Assembly (NCBI GenBank): GCA_034432375.1
Contig: DAOUCA010000171.1
Location: 1 to 64,000 of the forward strand
Direction of reading: 5' to 3'
DNA: 64,000 nt
Source of the DNA: Caldilineaceae bacterium
Lineage (GTDB): Bacteria > Chloroflexota > Anaerolineae > Caldilineales > Caldilineaceae
Program-made: the position numbers and the translations under genes
Notes under the pieces: model-generated
Databases searched by the model: none
Told to the model about the DNA's origin: nothing
Seen by the model: the letters and a program-made list of their open reading frames with translations, nothing else
Shown here: one piece after another, positions 49,363 to 57,934 of the stretch
Numbering within the stretch: position 1 is the stretch's first letter
Layout of the letters: each line of letters opens with the position of its first letter

Positions 49363-50466
49363 TTACTCCGATTCCTCTATTCGTTCTGGTTTCGCTTCGG
49401 GTGGCCCCATCACAATCATGCGCGTGGGGATAGTTGTCGGGAGCTCAAAGAATTGGCCACCGGCGTGAAAATGGCTGAACTTTACCGGCAACCCCTGATC
49501 AATAAAGGGATTTGGCCCTTCCATTAGATGGAAGTGGAGATGGGGCCCTGGCGAATTGCCACTGTTGCCCACCCGCCCAATCAGGGTACCGCGCCGGATC
49601 ATCTCGCCTTCGTTGACGGCAATACTCAGCTGTTGCAGCGTGCCATAGTAGCTGAATTCCCCATTGGCATGGCTAATGGCAACGGCATTGCCCAAGAGAC
49701 GCCGCGGATCCTCACGAAACATGCGCTCATCCGGTGGGATCCCTGGCTGAATATCCGGCATATCATAGGTAACGTAGGCGACTTTACCGCCAGCCGTCGC
49801 ATAAACGGGTTGATCCCAACTATAGTGATCCTCGACGGTCAACCCACCGTTGTGAAAAAATTGATTATCCGGCCCCAGCTTGACGAAATCCATGGCATAG
49901 GTCTGGCTAAAGACCTCCTGCTTGTGTAGGTCACTCCAATCCGAACCATTAATCGCCCACCAGGACCCGCGCAGAGGGAAGTACAGATCCGTTTTATTAT
50001 CATAGACCGTTACCGGCATCTGCAAAACGGTCTGGGTGGTCTGCCCGCGCTCGTCGTCGGCACTTTCCCCCCTACCAACGACCGTCACTTCAACCATCGT
50101 CAAGGGTTCATAGCCGTGGATTATAAAGTGTAGCGCGCGTACCGCTAGCCCTGTCCCCACGGGAATCCGCAGATCGGCCTCGCCCGTCCGTTGGCGAATA
50201 ATGCGGGCGGGCCAACGCTGCTCAAAGAGCAACTGATGCTCATTGTAGCCTTTGACGACCAGGCCAGAAAGCTCCACGGGCCCATTCATCGCTGTGATCC
50301 CCACGTCAAAGACAACTTCTTGGATTGGCCCCAGATTGGGGAAAGGCAATCGGCTGTAGCGGGCCGCGATCAGACGCTGTGGTCGGCTTTCCGCGCGCAG
50401 ATAGGGTTGGGTTGTTTGCGAGGTAGACTCTTCATTGGTCGGTTCTTCATTGGTGGCTACAGTCAC
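49363..50466 (-). CDS. M23-family metallopeptidase (LytM-like)
   Basis: HxxxD and HxH motifs ([12 protein letters not shown]). Confidence 0.8.
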   Translation of the reverse strand: MTVATNEEPTNEESTSQTTQPYLRAESRPQRLIAARYSRLPFPNLGPIQEVVFDVGITAMNGPVELSGLVVKGYNEHQLLFEQRWPARIIRQRTGEADLRIPVGTGLAVRALHFIIHGYEPLTMVEVTVVGRGESADDERGQTTQTVLQMPVTVYDNKTDLYFPLRGSWWAINGSDWSDLHKQEVFSQTYAMDFVKLGPDNQFFHNGGLTVEDHYSWDQPVYATAGGKVAYVTYDMPDIQPGIPPDERMFREDPRRLLGNAVAISHANGEFSYYGTLQQLSIAVNEGEMIRRGTLIGRVGNSGNSPGPHLHFHLMEGPNPFIDQGLPVKFSHFHAGGQFFELPTTIPTRMIVMGPPEAKPERIEESE

Positions 50467-50489
50467 TGCTTCATCCTGTCTAATGTATG

Positions 50490-51650
50490 CTATCGTCCTT
50501 GGCGAATTTGGTGGCTCAAGGGGAGACGATCCGCCATAAAGTCCAAAAAAATCTGCCGCTCGGCAGTACGTTCGTGCCGGCGATTGGGATGTTCACCACC
50601 AGTGAGGCCGTGCATCAGCGTTAGCAAAGCGAACGCCTCCGCTGGTGCCACTCGGTAATAACTCTCTTCCGTCTCCAGGCTATCGAGCCGCTCCCAGCGA
50701 TCAACCCAGTTGTTGAGATAGAGCGAGTAACAGTTACGGCAGCGCCAGATGCTAAAGGTCTGTTTATCGTCTTCAACGGTAGCAACGGTCAATGCCCCAA
50801 GATTGGCAATCCGCCCCTGGCAGGCAAAGCAGCTCTCCGTGCCAGCCCCCATGCCGCTGCGCTCGACCAAAAGCGCTGCCCAGTCAATCATCGCATGTGC
50901 ACTTTGTGTCTCGCCACCCTTGCGGTCACGGCGCACTTGCTGCCGCCGCAGAAAACGCCGCCAGAGCCGCCGCGCAAGCGAAAATCTGATCTCCGCCTCT
51001 TCGGCGGCGCGACGCATCGGTGCTGCCGCTAGTGCTGTCGTTACACTCGTCTTTGCCGACGAGTTCACCGCCCTTGTCGGCACTTGCCAATGGCGACATG
51101 GAAGCGCCAACTGGGATTGGCTCGACAGTAAAGGTGGCAGTTCTTCTGTGTCAGGCGCCTCTATGCCAGGATTCGCCGCACGCCACCCGCAGCGCCCTGT
51201 CGATAATTGATCGGGATTGATCCCACCCAGCGGTTGCCAGAAGTGACAACTCCCACAAGCGCGGAGCCGATAGTCTTTTTCCTGCAACTGAGTCTGTAGT
51301 TGCCGTTGAAAGATCGCTGGTTCTGGATCAACGGCCAGATCAAAGAGTGGCTCCGTCGTCGCTAGCTCATCACCGCTACTCAATAAATAGCCTACACAGC
51401 GGTGGGAACCTTCTGGCCACAACAGCTGTATCCACGTCCGTAGGGCCCCAATTTCGGCGGATCTGTCAACCAGTGATTGCACTTGAATCCGTTGGAAGAT
51501 TTGCGTGCGCGTTCCGGGAAAGATCCCCGACATCGTCGCCAGATTAAAGGGCTGTCGTGCCTCTTGCGCTTTCGGTTCCCCGCGTTTCGGTTCACTGCTT
51601 TTCGGTTCACCGCGTTGTGGCGTCGTTCGCTTATTGGCCATTCGCCTCAT
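50490..51650 (-). CDS. Hypothetical Cys-rich protein (386 aa) with zinc-ribbon-like CxxC pairs
   Basis: CFACQG...CRNC and CGSC motifs; no family recognised. Confidence 0.5.
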   Translation of the reverse strand: MRRMANKRTTPQRGEPKSSEPKRGEPKAQEARQPFNLATMSGIFPGTRTQIFQRIQVQSLVDRSAEIGALRTWIQLLWPEGSHRCVGYLLSSGDELATTEPLFDLAVDPEPAIFQRQLQTQLQEKDYRLRACGSCHFWQPLGGINPDQLSTGRCGWRAANPGIEAPDTEELPPLLSSQSQLALPCRHWQVPTRAVNSSAKTSVTTALAAAPMRRAAEEAEIRFSLARRLWRRFLRRQQVRRDRKGGETQSAHAMIDWAALLVERSGMGAGTESCFACQGRIANLGALTVATVEDDKQTFSIWRCRNCYSLYLNNWVDRWERLDSLETEESYYRVAPAEAFALLTLMHGLTGGEHPNRRHERTAERQIFLDFMADRLPLSHQIRQGR

Positions 51651-52998
51651 TGAGCAGGATTGTTGTCTCTGTCACCGCCTGCGCTGGATTCTCGTCGGCA
51701 TCAAGCACTTTGATCAACAGGTCGCCGGCATAGCCCCACACCGTGTCCATTTGGGGCAAAGTGGGGAAAGATTGGGCGTTGCTCCCTTGTGCTACAAAGC
51801 CTTGCAACAGTGGATTGGTCAGCGTTACCGTGCGATTGGCCGGCAAGCGGTTGGCATATTGTGCTAGTGCCATGCCACTCTCGGCACTGGTAAAATGACG
51901 AGCCAACAGCAGCGCCAGCCACTGTTGTTCTGGCTCGAGATTGGGATTTAAAAAGATGCCATCGGCACTAAGCCACGGTTGCGCATTGGCCACGGGGCCA
52001 GCCGGCAGTTGCGTTACGGCCAGATCATCGCCGAGCGCGCCTTGCAACTCGCCAATGCTCCACGGACCATCGACCAGAAAGGCAAATTCACCCTTTTTAA
52101 AGCGGTCGAGCAACATGCCATAGTCGCTGTCAACATAGGTGCCATCGACTTGATTTAAGGCCGCCAGCCAGCTTAAATAGTCGGCGGCCCCACTGCCCTG
52201 ATCGAGAATGGCACGACCGTTGGCGTCTAATAATTGTGCGCCATAGGCCGGGAAGCCCCAATAGAGATGATAAAGCGTCGTGTAGAGTCCAATGCCAGTT
52301 TGGCGATTGGCTTGGGCAAGGCGCAGCAGATCGGCAGTCGTCGCCGGCAGTGCGGTCTCGCCAATCAACGATCGGTTGTAGAAAAGCGCAACCAGCTCGA
52401 AATTGGTTGGCAGCCCGTACAATTTGCCGTTCCAGCGCAAATTATCGAGCGTAGCCGGCCAAAAGTCATCCAACAGCGCTGGATCCAACAGACCATTCGC
52501 GATCAGTTCATCAAAAGATTGGACCACACCGGCATCCACCATCTCGCCCAGCCACCAGTTCGGTGCCAGAATCAGATCCGGCCCGGCGTTACTCTGAACG
52601 GCATCGGCATAACTTTGTGGCAGATCGTTATAGGCAACATAAAGCGTATCGACCTTGAGTTGCGGATATTGCTCGGCAAAGGTTAGCAAAATGGTGGCTA
52701 GCGCGTCACCATCGCCTTCGGCCCAACTGTGCCAGAGCGTGAGCGTGCCAACCGGGTCGGGCGTTGGCGTGGCCGTGGGAGCCGCCGGTTGGTTGGCGGC
52801 TGGTTGGTTAGCCGCAGACTCGCCTACCGGAGCGGCGTTGGCCACCGCAGGGGCAGGAACGACAGTCGCCGTGGGCGTTGGCGTATCGCGATTGCAGCCG
52901 GCCACCAACAAGAGAGAACTTAGCCCCAGCAGAAGGAAGACGCATCTAAGCAGAGAGACTTGCTCTCGACAAATGGGTGATTGCAGCATTGATTTCAT
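51631..52998 (-). CDS. ABC-transporter extracellular solute-binding lipoprotein (family 1, carbohydrate type)
   Basis: Lipobox LLLVAGC and a Pro/Thr linker precede the SBP_bac_1-like body. Confidence 0.8.
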   Translation of the reverse strand: MKSMLQSPICREQVSLLRCVFLLLGLSSLLLVAGCNRDTPTPTATVVPAPAVANAAPVGESAANQPAANQPAAPTATPTPDPVGTLTLWHSWAEGDGDALATILLTFAEQYPQLKVDTLYVAYNDLPQSYADAVQSNAGPDLILAPNWWLGEMVDAGVVQSFDELIANGLLDPALLDDFWPATLDNLRWNGKLYGLPTNFELVALFYNRSLIGETALPATTADLLRLAQANRQTGIGLYTTLYHLYWGFPAYGAQLLDANGRAILDQGSGAADYLSWLAALNQVDGTYVDSDYGMLLDRFKKGEFAFLVDGPWSIGELQGALGDDLAVTQLPAGPVANAQPWLSADGIFLNPNLEPEQQWLALLLARHFTSAESGMALAQYANRLPANRTVTLTNPLLQGFVAQGSNAQSFPTLPQMDTVWGYAGDLLIKVLDADENPAQAVTETTILLNEANGQ

Positions 52999-53010
52999 AG
53001 CAGGTCCTAA

Positions 53011-53442
53011 TTACTCGGCAAGGCGGTCGAGCAGCGCTTGCAGCCCCAATAGATAGCTGCGCCAGCCAAAGCCACAGATCTGCCCCACACAGACGGGGGC
53101 CAATACCGAAGTGTGGCGGAATTCCTCGCGCTGGTGGATATTACTCAGGTGCACTTCGACCGTCGGCAGCTTGACAGCGCTGATCGCATCACGAATCGCG
53201 TATGAATAGTGGGTGTAGGCACCGGGGTTGATCAGAATGCCATCCGCCCAATCGCGCGCTTCGTGCATAAAATCGATCAGCGCGCCTTCATAGTTGCTCT
53301 GTAAGAAACGCAACTCATGGTCGCCGGCCGCGGCCAACAACGCTTCCTCGATTTTGGCCAAGGTCATGCTGCCGTAAATATGGGTTTCACGAGTGCCCAA
53401 TAGGTTGAGATTGGGTCCGTGGAGAACTGCGATTACACTCAC
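53011..53442 (-). CDS. aroQ: 3-dehydroquinate dehydratase, type II
   Basis: I trimmed the start to the GTG at 53442, which is 5 nt after a perfect GGAGGAA RBS. The product begins (M)[15 protein letters not shown] and contains INPGAYTH; the ORF track runs to 53613. Confidence 0.85.
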   Translation of the reverse strand: MSVIAVLHGPNLNLLGTRETHIYGSMTLAKIEEALLAAAGDHELRFLQSNYEGALIDFMHEARDWADGILINPGAYTHYSYAIRDAISAVKLPTVEVHLSNIHQREEFRHTSVLAPVCVGQICGFGWRSYLLGLQALLDRLAE

Positions 53443-53723
53443 AAAAGTTCCTCCGTCATAGTAAAAATGCCTGCGTCTCGCCATAGGTGAGAGCGTTGCC
53501 TTCCAGCGTGTTAGAATGATAGTTCCAGTCAAGTCGGAACTTCTGCAGAATCCGCAACTCCTGCTCGCGGTCAATGGGGCGGAGGGCACTGATGGCGACT
53601 TTTGGGTTGTCAATGCACTGTAGAATTGCTACAATATCCACAGTTTACTTTCCAGCGAACGTACAAGCCGATGTCAATAGGAAGACAAGAGCTGCGCCAA
53701 CGTGCAATGGATGAATTCGCATC

Positions 53724-55355
53724 TTACACCAATATTTTTCCCAACGCCGCCTCGACATAGCCCCACCCTGGATTATCGATGATCACGACGTCGCCCACCG
53801 CTTGCGGGACAATAAAACGAATCGTCTTGCCGACGCGCTTCTTGTCATGGCCCATCGCCGCGATGATCGCCTCAGCATCGTAGCCGGTCAATTGTACCGG
53901 CAGACCGACCCGTTCCAGCACATTGCGCACTCGCCCGATCAACGCCGGATCACACTGTTCGAGCGCCGCCGCCATCTCGGTTGCGGCAACCATGCCCAGC
54001 GCGACCCCTTCGCCGTGGCGCACGGCAAAGTTGCTCACCAACTCGATGGCGTGGCCAAAGGTGTGGCCCAAATTGAGGGTGGCGCGACGTCCCTCTTCAA
54101 AGGGATCTTCTTCGACTACCTCCACTTTAACACGCACCGCCTCAGCGACCAGGTGGACCAGATTAGTCGGCCCCTCTTCTTCAAATTGGCGGAAAAGCTC
54201 GGGCGCGCCGATGATGCCATGTTTGATCACCTCGGCTAGACCGGAGCGAAATTCGGCGGCGGGCAGCGTACTGAGTACGGCCGTATCAATAATCACCAGA
54301 CTCGGCTGCTTGAAAGCCCCCACTAAATTCTTACCTTGCGGCAGATCGACGCCCGTCTTGCCCCCCACCGAGGCGTCGACCATGGAGAGCAACGTTGTGG
54401 GGATCTGCACAAAGGGTACACCGCGTAGATAGGACGCAGCGGCAAAGCCAGCCATGTCGCCAATCACGCCACCACCCAGCGAAATGACGGGGCTTTTGCG
54501 GTCGAGCCCGGCGGCCAGGAATTGATCATAAAGGCTGGCGATGCTGGCAAGTGTCTTGTGTTGCTCCCCTTCCGGTACGGTGCAGACCGTCGGCGTAAAA
54601 CCGGCAGCCCGTAGACTGGTGGCGAGCATCTCGGCATGGTCAGGAGGGATCTGTGGATTGGTGACAATCACCGCCGGCCCTTGACGTAGCCCGCGATTGG
54701 CCAGCAAGCGCCCCGCCTCTTGCAGCAACCCTTCGCCGATGCAAATGTGATAGCTGCCCTCCGGCCCGCGTACGGGAATGCGCGTCATGTTGGCAACTTC
54801 AGCATCGCCGGCCAATGTCTCCAAAATGCGTTCAACGACCTCTTCCGTCAAGAGGCCGGTGGTGTCGATCTGGTGGGCAATAGCCCCATAGGCTGGCCGG
54901 CGTTCGCGCAACAAGGTGCGCACCCGTTGCTCCTGTTCAGTCTTCGCGGTGTTGAGCAAGGGTCGTTCGCCGGTATCGGCCACGCGCCGCAGGATCTCAT
55001 CGGGCGTAGCGGTCAGGCAGAGAATCGCCCCCGTCTTGGCAAAGGTTCCGCGGTTCTGCGCGCTGACAAGCGCGCCACCGCCCGTGCTGATGACACAGCC
55101 TTGGCGTTCCGCCAGTTGGGCACAAAGGGCAGCTTCCGTCGTGCGGAAGATCGCTTCGCCCTCTTGGGTGAAGACCTCACGGATCGGTTTGCCAAAATGC
55201 GCGACCAACTCGTCATCCATATCGATAAAGGGGCGGTTGAGTCGTTCAGCCAACAGACGGCCCGTACTCGTCTTGCCGGTCGCCATGAAGCCGGTGAGGA
55301 TAATATTTTTTTCGGCGGGGATTGCTAAGGAACTATTGGTCTGGCATGCTTGCAT
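53724..55355 (-). CDS. aroKB: Bifunctional shikimate kinase / 3-dehydroquinate synthase fusion
   Basis: N-terminal P-loop GFMATGKTSTG (shikimate kinase); C-terminal DHQS domain (GGGVIGDMAGFAA). Confidence 0.9.
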   Translation of the reverse strand: MQACQTNSSLAIPAEKNIILTGFMATGKTSTGRLLAERLNRPFIDMDDELVAHFGKPIREVFTQEGEAIFRTTEAALCAQLAERQGCVISTGGGALVSAQNRGTFAKTGAILCLTATPDEILRRVADTGERPLLNTAKTEQEQRVRTLLRERRPAYGAIAHQIDTTGLLTEEVVERILETLAGDAEVANMTRIPVRGPEGSYHICIGEGLLQEAGRLLANRGLRQGPAVIVTNPQIPPDHAEMLATSLRAAGFTPTVCTVPEGEQHKTLASIASLYDQFLAAGLDRKSPVISLGGGVIGDMAGFAAASYLRGVPFVQIPTTLLSMVDASVGGKTGVDLPQGKNLVGAFKQPSLVIIDTAVLSTLPAAEFRSGLAEVIKHGIIGAPELFRQFEEEGPTNLVHLVAEAVRVKVEVVEEDPFEEGRRATLNLGHTFGHAIELVSNFAVRHGEGVALGMVAATEMAAALEQCDPALIGRVRNVLERVGLPVQLTGYDAEAIIAAMGHDKKRVGKTIRFIVPQAVGDVVIIDNPGWGYVEAALGKILV

Positions 55356-55372
55356 AAAATCTTCTACTCACT

Positions 55373-55903
55373 TTAAACATTTGATAATTTACGCTGTACA
55401 ATTTGTACGAGGAGTTCCAATGGCTCTTCAGTATTCACCAGCAGATGCTGTTCCGGCTCAATTGGGTAACGCCAACACCCATTATACTTGTTCAAGTGTG
55501 CCTGCATTGCATCCCACCCACGAATTTTGTGGGTCGATTCTGCAGGTGAGCGCTCTTCCAGCCGTTGCCGCCAAATCGTTTCAGCGAGTTGCGTTTCCAC
55601 CACCAACAACCGTGCGCCATGTTCGGCAACCAACGCCTGTGCTTTGGCGTACAGCGTCGGGTAGGCAAAAGGGGAATCGACCATCACGCTAACACCCAGC
55701 CGCAATTGGGTCGCCACCATCTGCCACAAAATCGCATAGGCGAGATCATTCTCATGGGGCAGACCAAGTGTATGATCTTTTATATCATCTTTGTCCAGCA
55801 AAGGCCACTTTAGCGACCGCGCAAGGGCGGTTGCCAGCGTGCTCTTGCCTGTGGCAGGGTGACCTTTCATGGCGATGAGGTAGGTGGATGTTGGGTCGGA
55901 CAT
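55373..55903 (-). CDS. P-loop kinase / AAA-family ATP-binding protein (176 aa)
   Basis: Walker A motif GHPATGKST. It sits between aroC and aroKB. Confidence 0.7.
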   Translation of the reverse strand: MSDPTSTYLIAMKGHPATGKSTLATALARSLKWPLLDKDDIKDHTLGLPHENDLAYAILWQMVATQLRLGVSVMVDSPFAYPTLYAKAQALVAEHGARLLVVETQLAETIWRQRLEERSPAESTHKIRGWDAMQAHLNKYNGCWRYPIEPEQHLLVNTEEPLELLVQIVQRKLSNV

Positions 55904-55940
55904 GCAATCTTCTCAAGGTGTAAAGGACAAGATGACAAGA

Positions 55941-56098
55941 TGATGCTGTTGGCCTACCTTACAACAGGGTTAAAACCCTGCTCTAACAACGACAAGCGCG
56001 CCCAAAGGGCACCCGAGGCGCTTCCCAGCCGCTGAGGCGGCTTCTCGCTGTCAGGAGGGGATTTAAATCCCACTCCGTAAGGTAGGCCAACAGTATCA
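55941..56098. mobile_element. Short MITE copy (158 bp, internal deletion) with the same 22-bp TIRs and a 5-bp TSD CAAGA
   Basis: TIRs read directly. It is inserted in a GACAAGATGA satellite between the P-loop gene and aroC. Confidence 0.7.
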
Positions 56099-56202
56099 CA
56101 AGATGACAAGATGACACTGTTGGCGAAATCAAGGAGGCGGCGGCTGCGCTCCCTTGTCGAAGTAACTAACAGGATCATCTTGTCACCTTGCCATCATGCC
56201 AT

Positions 56203-57462
56203 CTATTCCCCGCCAAACAGCCGAAACTGTGCGCCATCAACCCGTCCCGCCTGGTGCATCAGCACGGCATTCATCAATTCAATGGCAAGGCGTGATTCCA
56301 ATGTCACACCGGCGCGCACACCGACACAAGGATCGTGCCGCCCTTTCTCGAGCATAAACTCGATCTCTTCTAAATTTTTGCGCACCGACTGCTGTGGTCG
56401 TACAATCGTCGAAGTCGGCTTAAAGCCGACGCGACAGACGAGAGGCATGCCCGTGGTGATACCGCCGAGCAGGCCACCGTGGCTGTTGCTGAGATAGCCG
56501 GAGCTGCGGATCGGATCATTATTTTCGCTGCCACGCCGCGTAACCACCGCATAGCCGGCCCCCACTTCGCACGATTGCACCGCATTGAGGCCGCCCAGAC
56601 TGCCCATCAAGCGCGCCTTCAAACTCTGGTAGAGTGGCTCTCCAGCCAACGCCGGCACATTGACCGCTACCACTTCGACCATTGCGCCCAAGGAGTCGCC
56701 TTGGATGCGTGTCTGCTTGATCAAGTCGGCCGCTTCCTCGGCAAATTCAGCATCAAGGGAGTGGATCTCAGCTTCGGCCAGTTTGGCTTCGACAATGGCA
56801 ACTTCCTCTGCGGTGACGCGCAGCGTGTCACGTTCGGTCACCAAATGGTTAAAATGTTCGGCCAGGCTGTGGGTTGTCTTCAGCGGCCCCACCTGGCAGA
56901 TCGAGGAGAGGATGACGGTGCCAAAGCGCTCGGCAAGAAAGAGGCGGGCAACTGAACCACCAATGACATCCGAAATGGTTGAACGGTAACTTGAACGCCC
57001 ACCGCCTCGTATATCTACAAAGCCTTGTGATTTGTGATACTTGACGAGATCGGTGTGACCGGGGCGCACTTCGCCGGTGAGGCCGCTAAATTGCTGATAA
57101 TCACCCGACTTCTGCGCAGTGGAGAGCACGATCGCTGCAATCGGTTCCCCGGTGGTAAAGCCAACTTCGTAGCTGTACGATTCAGAGAGAACGCCATCTA
57201 CGGTCGTTTGCAAGGCCGGGCCAGCGGTCAGATGAGCATGATCTTCACTGTAGAGACCGGCAACCAATAGCACTTTGTCTTTTTCATTGCGGGGGGTGCC
57301 ATGTTTGTTACTGCCCGGTCGTCGCTGATCCAAATAGTGCTGAATTTCACTACGCGCAAGTTTTAGACCCGGTGGGCAGCCAAAGACAATCGTTGAAATT
57401 CCTGGCCCGTGCGATTCACCAGCCCCAGCCACGGCAAAGAGTGGTCCACCTAATAGTTCCAT
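56203..57462 (-). CDS. aroC: Chorismate synthase
   Basis: Diagnostic GESHGPG motif and length. Confidence 0.9.
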   Translation of the reverse strand: MELLGGPLFAVAGAGESHGPGISTIVFGCPPGLKLARSEIQHYLDQRRPGSNKHGTPRNEKDKVLLVAGLYSEDHAHLTAGPALQTTVDGVLSESYSYEVGFTTGEPIAAIVLSTAQKSGDYQQFSGLTGEVRPGHTDLVKYHKSQGFVDIRGGGRSSYRSTISDVIGGSVARLFLAERFGTVILSSICQVGPLKTTHSLAEHFNHLVTERDTLRVTAEEVAIVEAKLAEAEIHSLDAEFAEEAADLIKQTRIQGDSLGAMVEVVAVNVPALAGEPLYQSLKARLMGSLGGLNAVQSCEVGAGYAVVTRRGSENNDPIRSSGYLSNSHGGLLGGITTGMPLVCRVGFKPTSTIVRPQQSVRKNLEEIEFMLEKGRHDPCVGVRAGVTLESRLAIELMNAVLMHQAGRVDGAQFRLFGGE

Positions 57463-57934
57463 TGATCTTCATCGCTATCTTGTGTATATCATTGAGCGCC
57501 AGAAAGAACACTTTTTACAGGAGTCATGAGTTACTATCTGCGCTGCTCGTGAGTGTAACTTTGTTAGGAATTACGCAGAGCATCGGTTGCGTAGCAGGCT
57601 TTTCTGCGTATCGAACCCAGAGAGCCACATAAATCCTATTTGTGTTGAAAGCTATTGCCAAAGCCGCTTGTGGCCCAGCAGGCACAGAACAGTTTCGGAT
57701 AAATATGCTACCAGTATAAACGAGGTTGGAATGGATAGAAAAACGGTTTGAATAAGACTCACATAATTTACCGGTTACGCCAGTTGCGTTCTACCGAACG
57801 ATGCCAGAGGGGTAGATAATCCAAGGGAAGTGCGGTCTCCTATCAGGTTGCCAGATTGCCTGTCAATTCAGAATAACGTAAACTTAGCCACGGAACACAT
57901 TGTGTAAACGTATCGAACAAAAGGAAATTTCACC

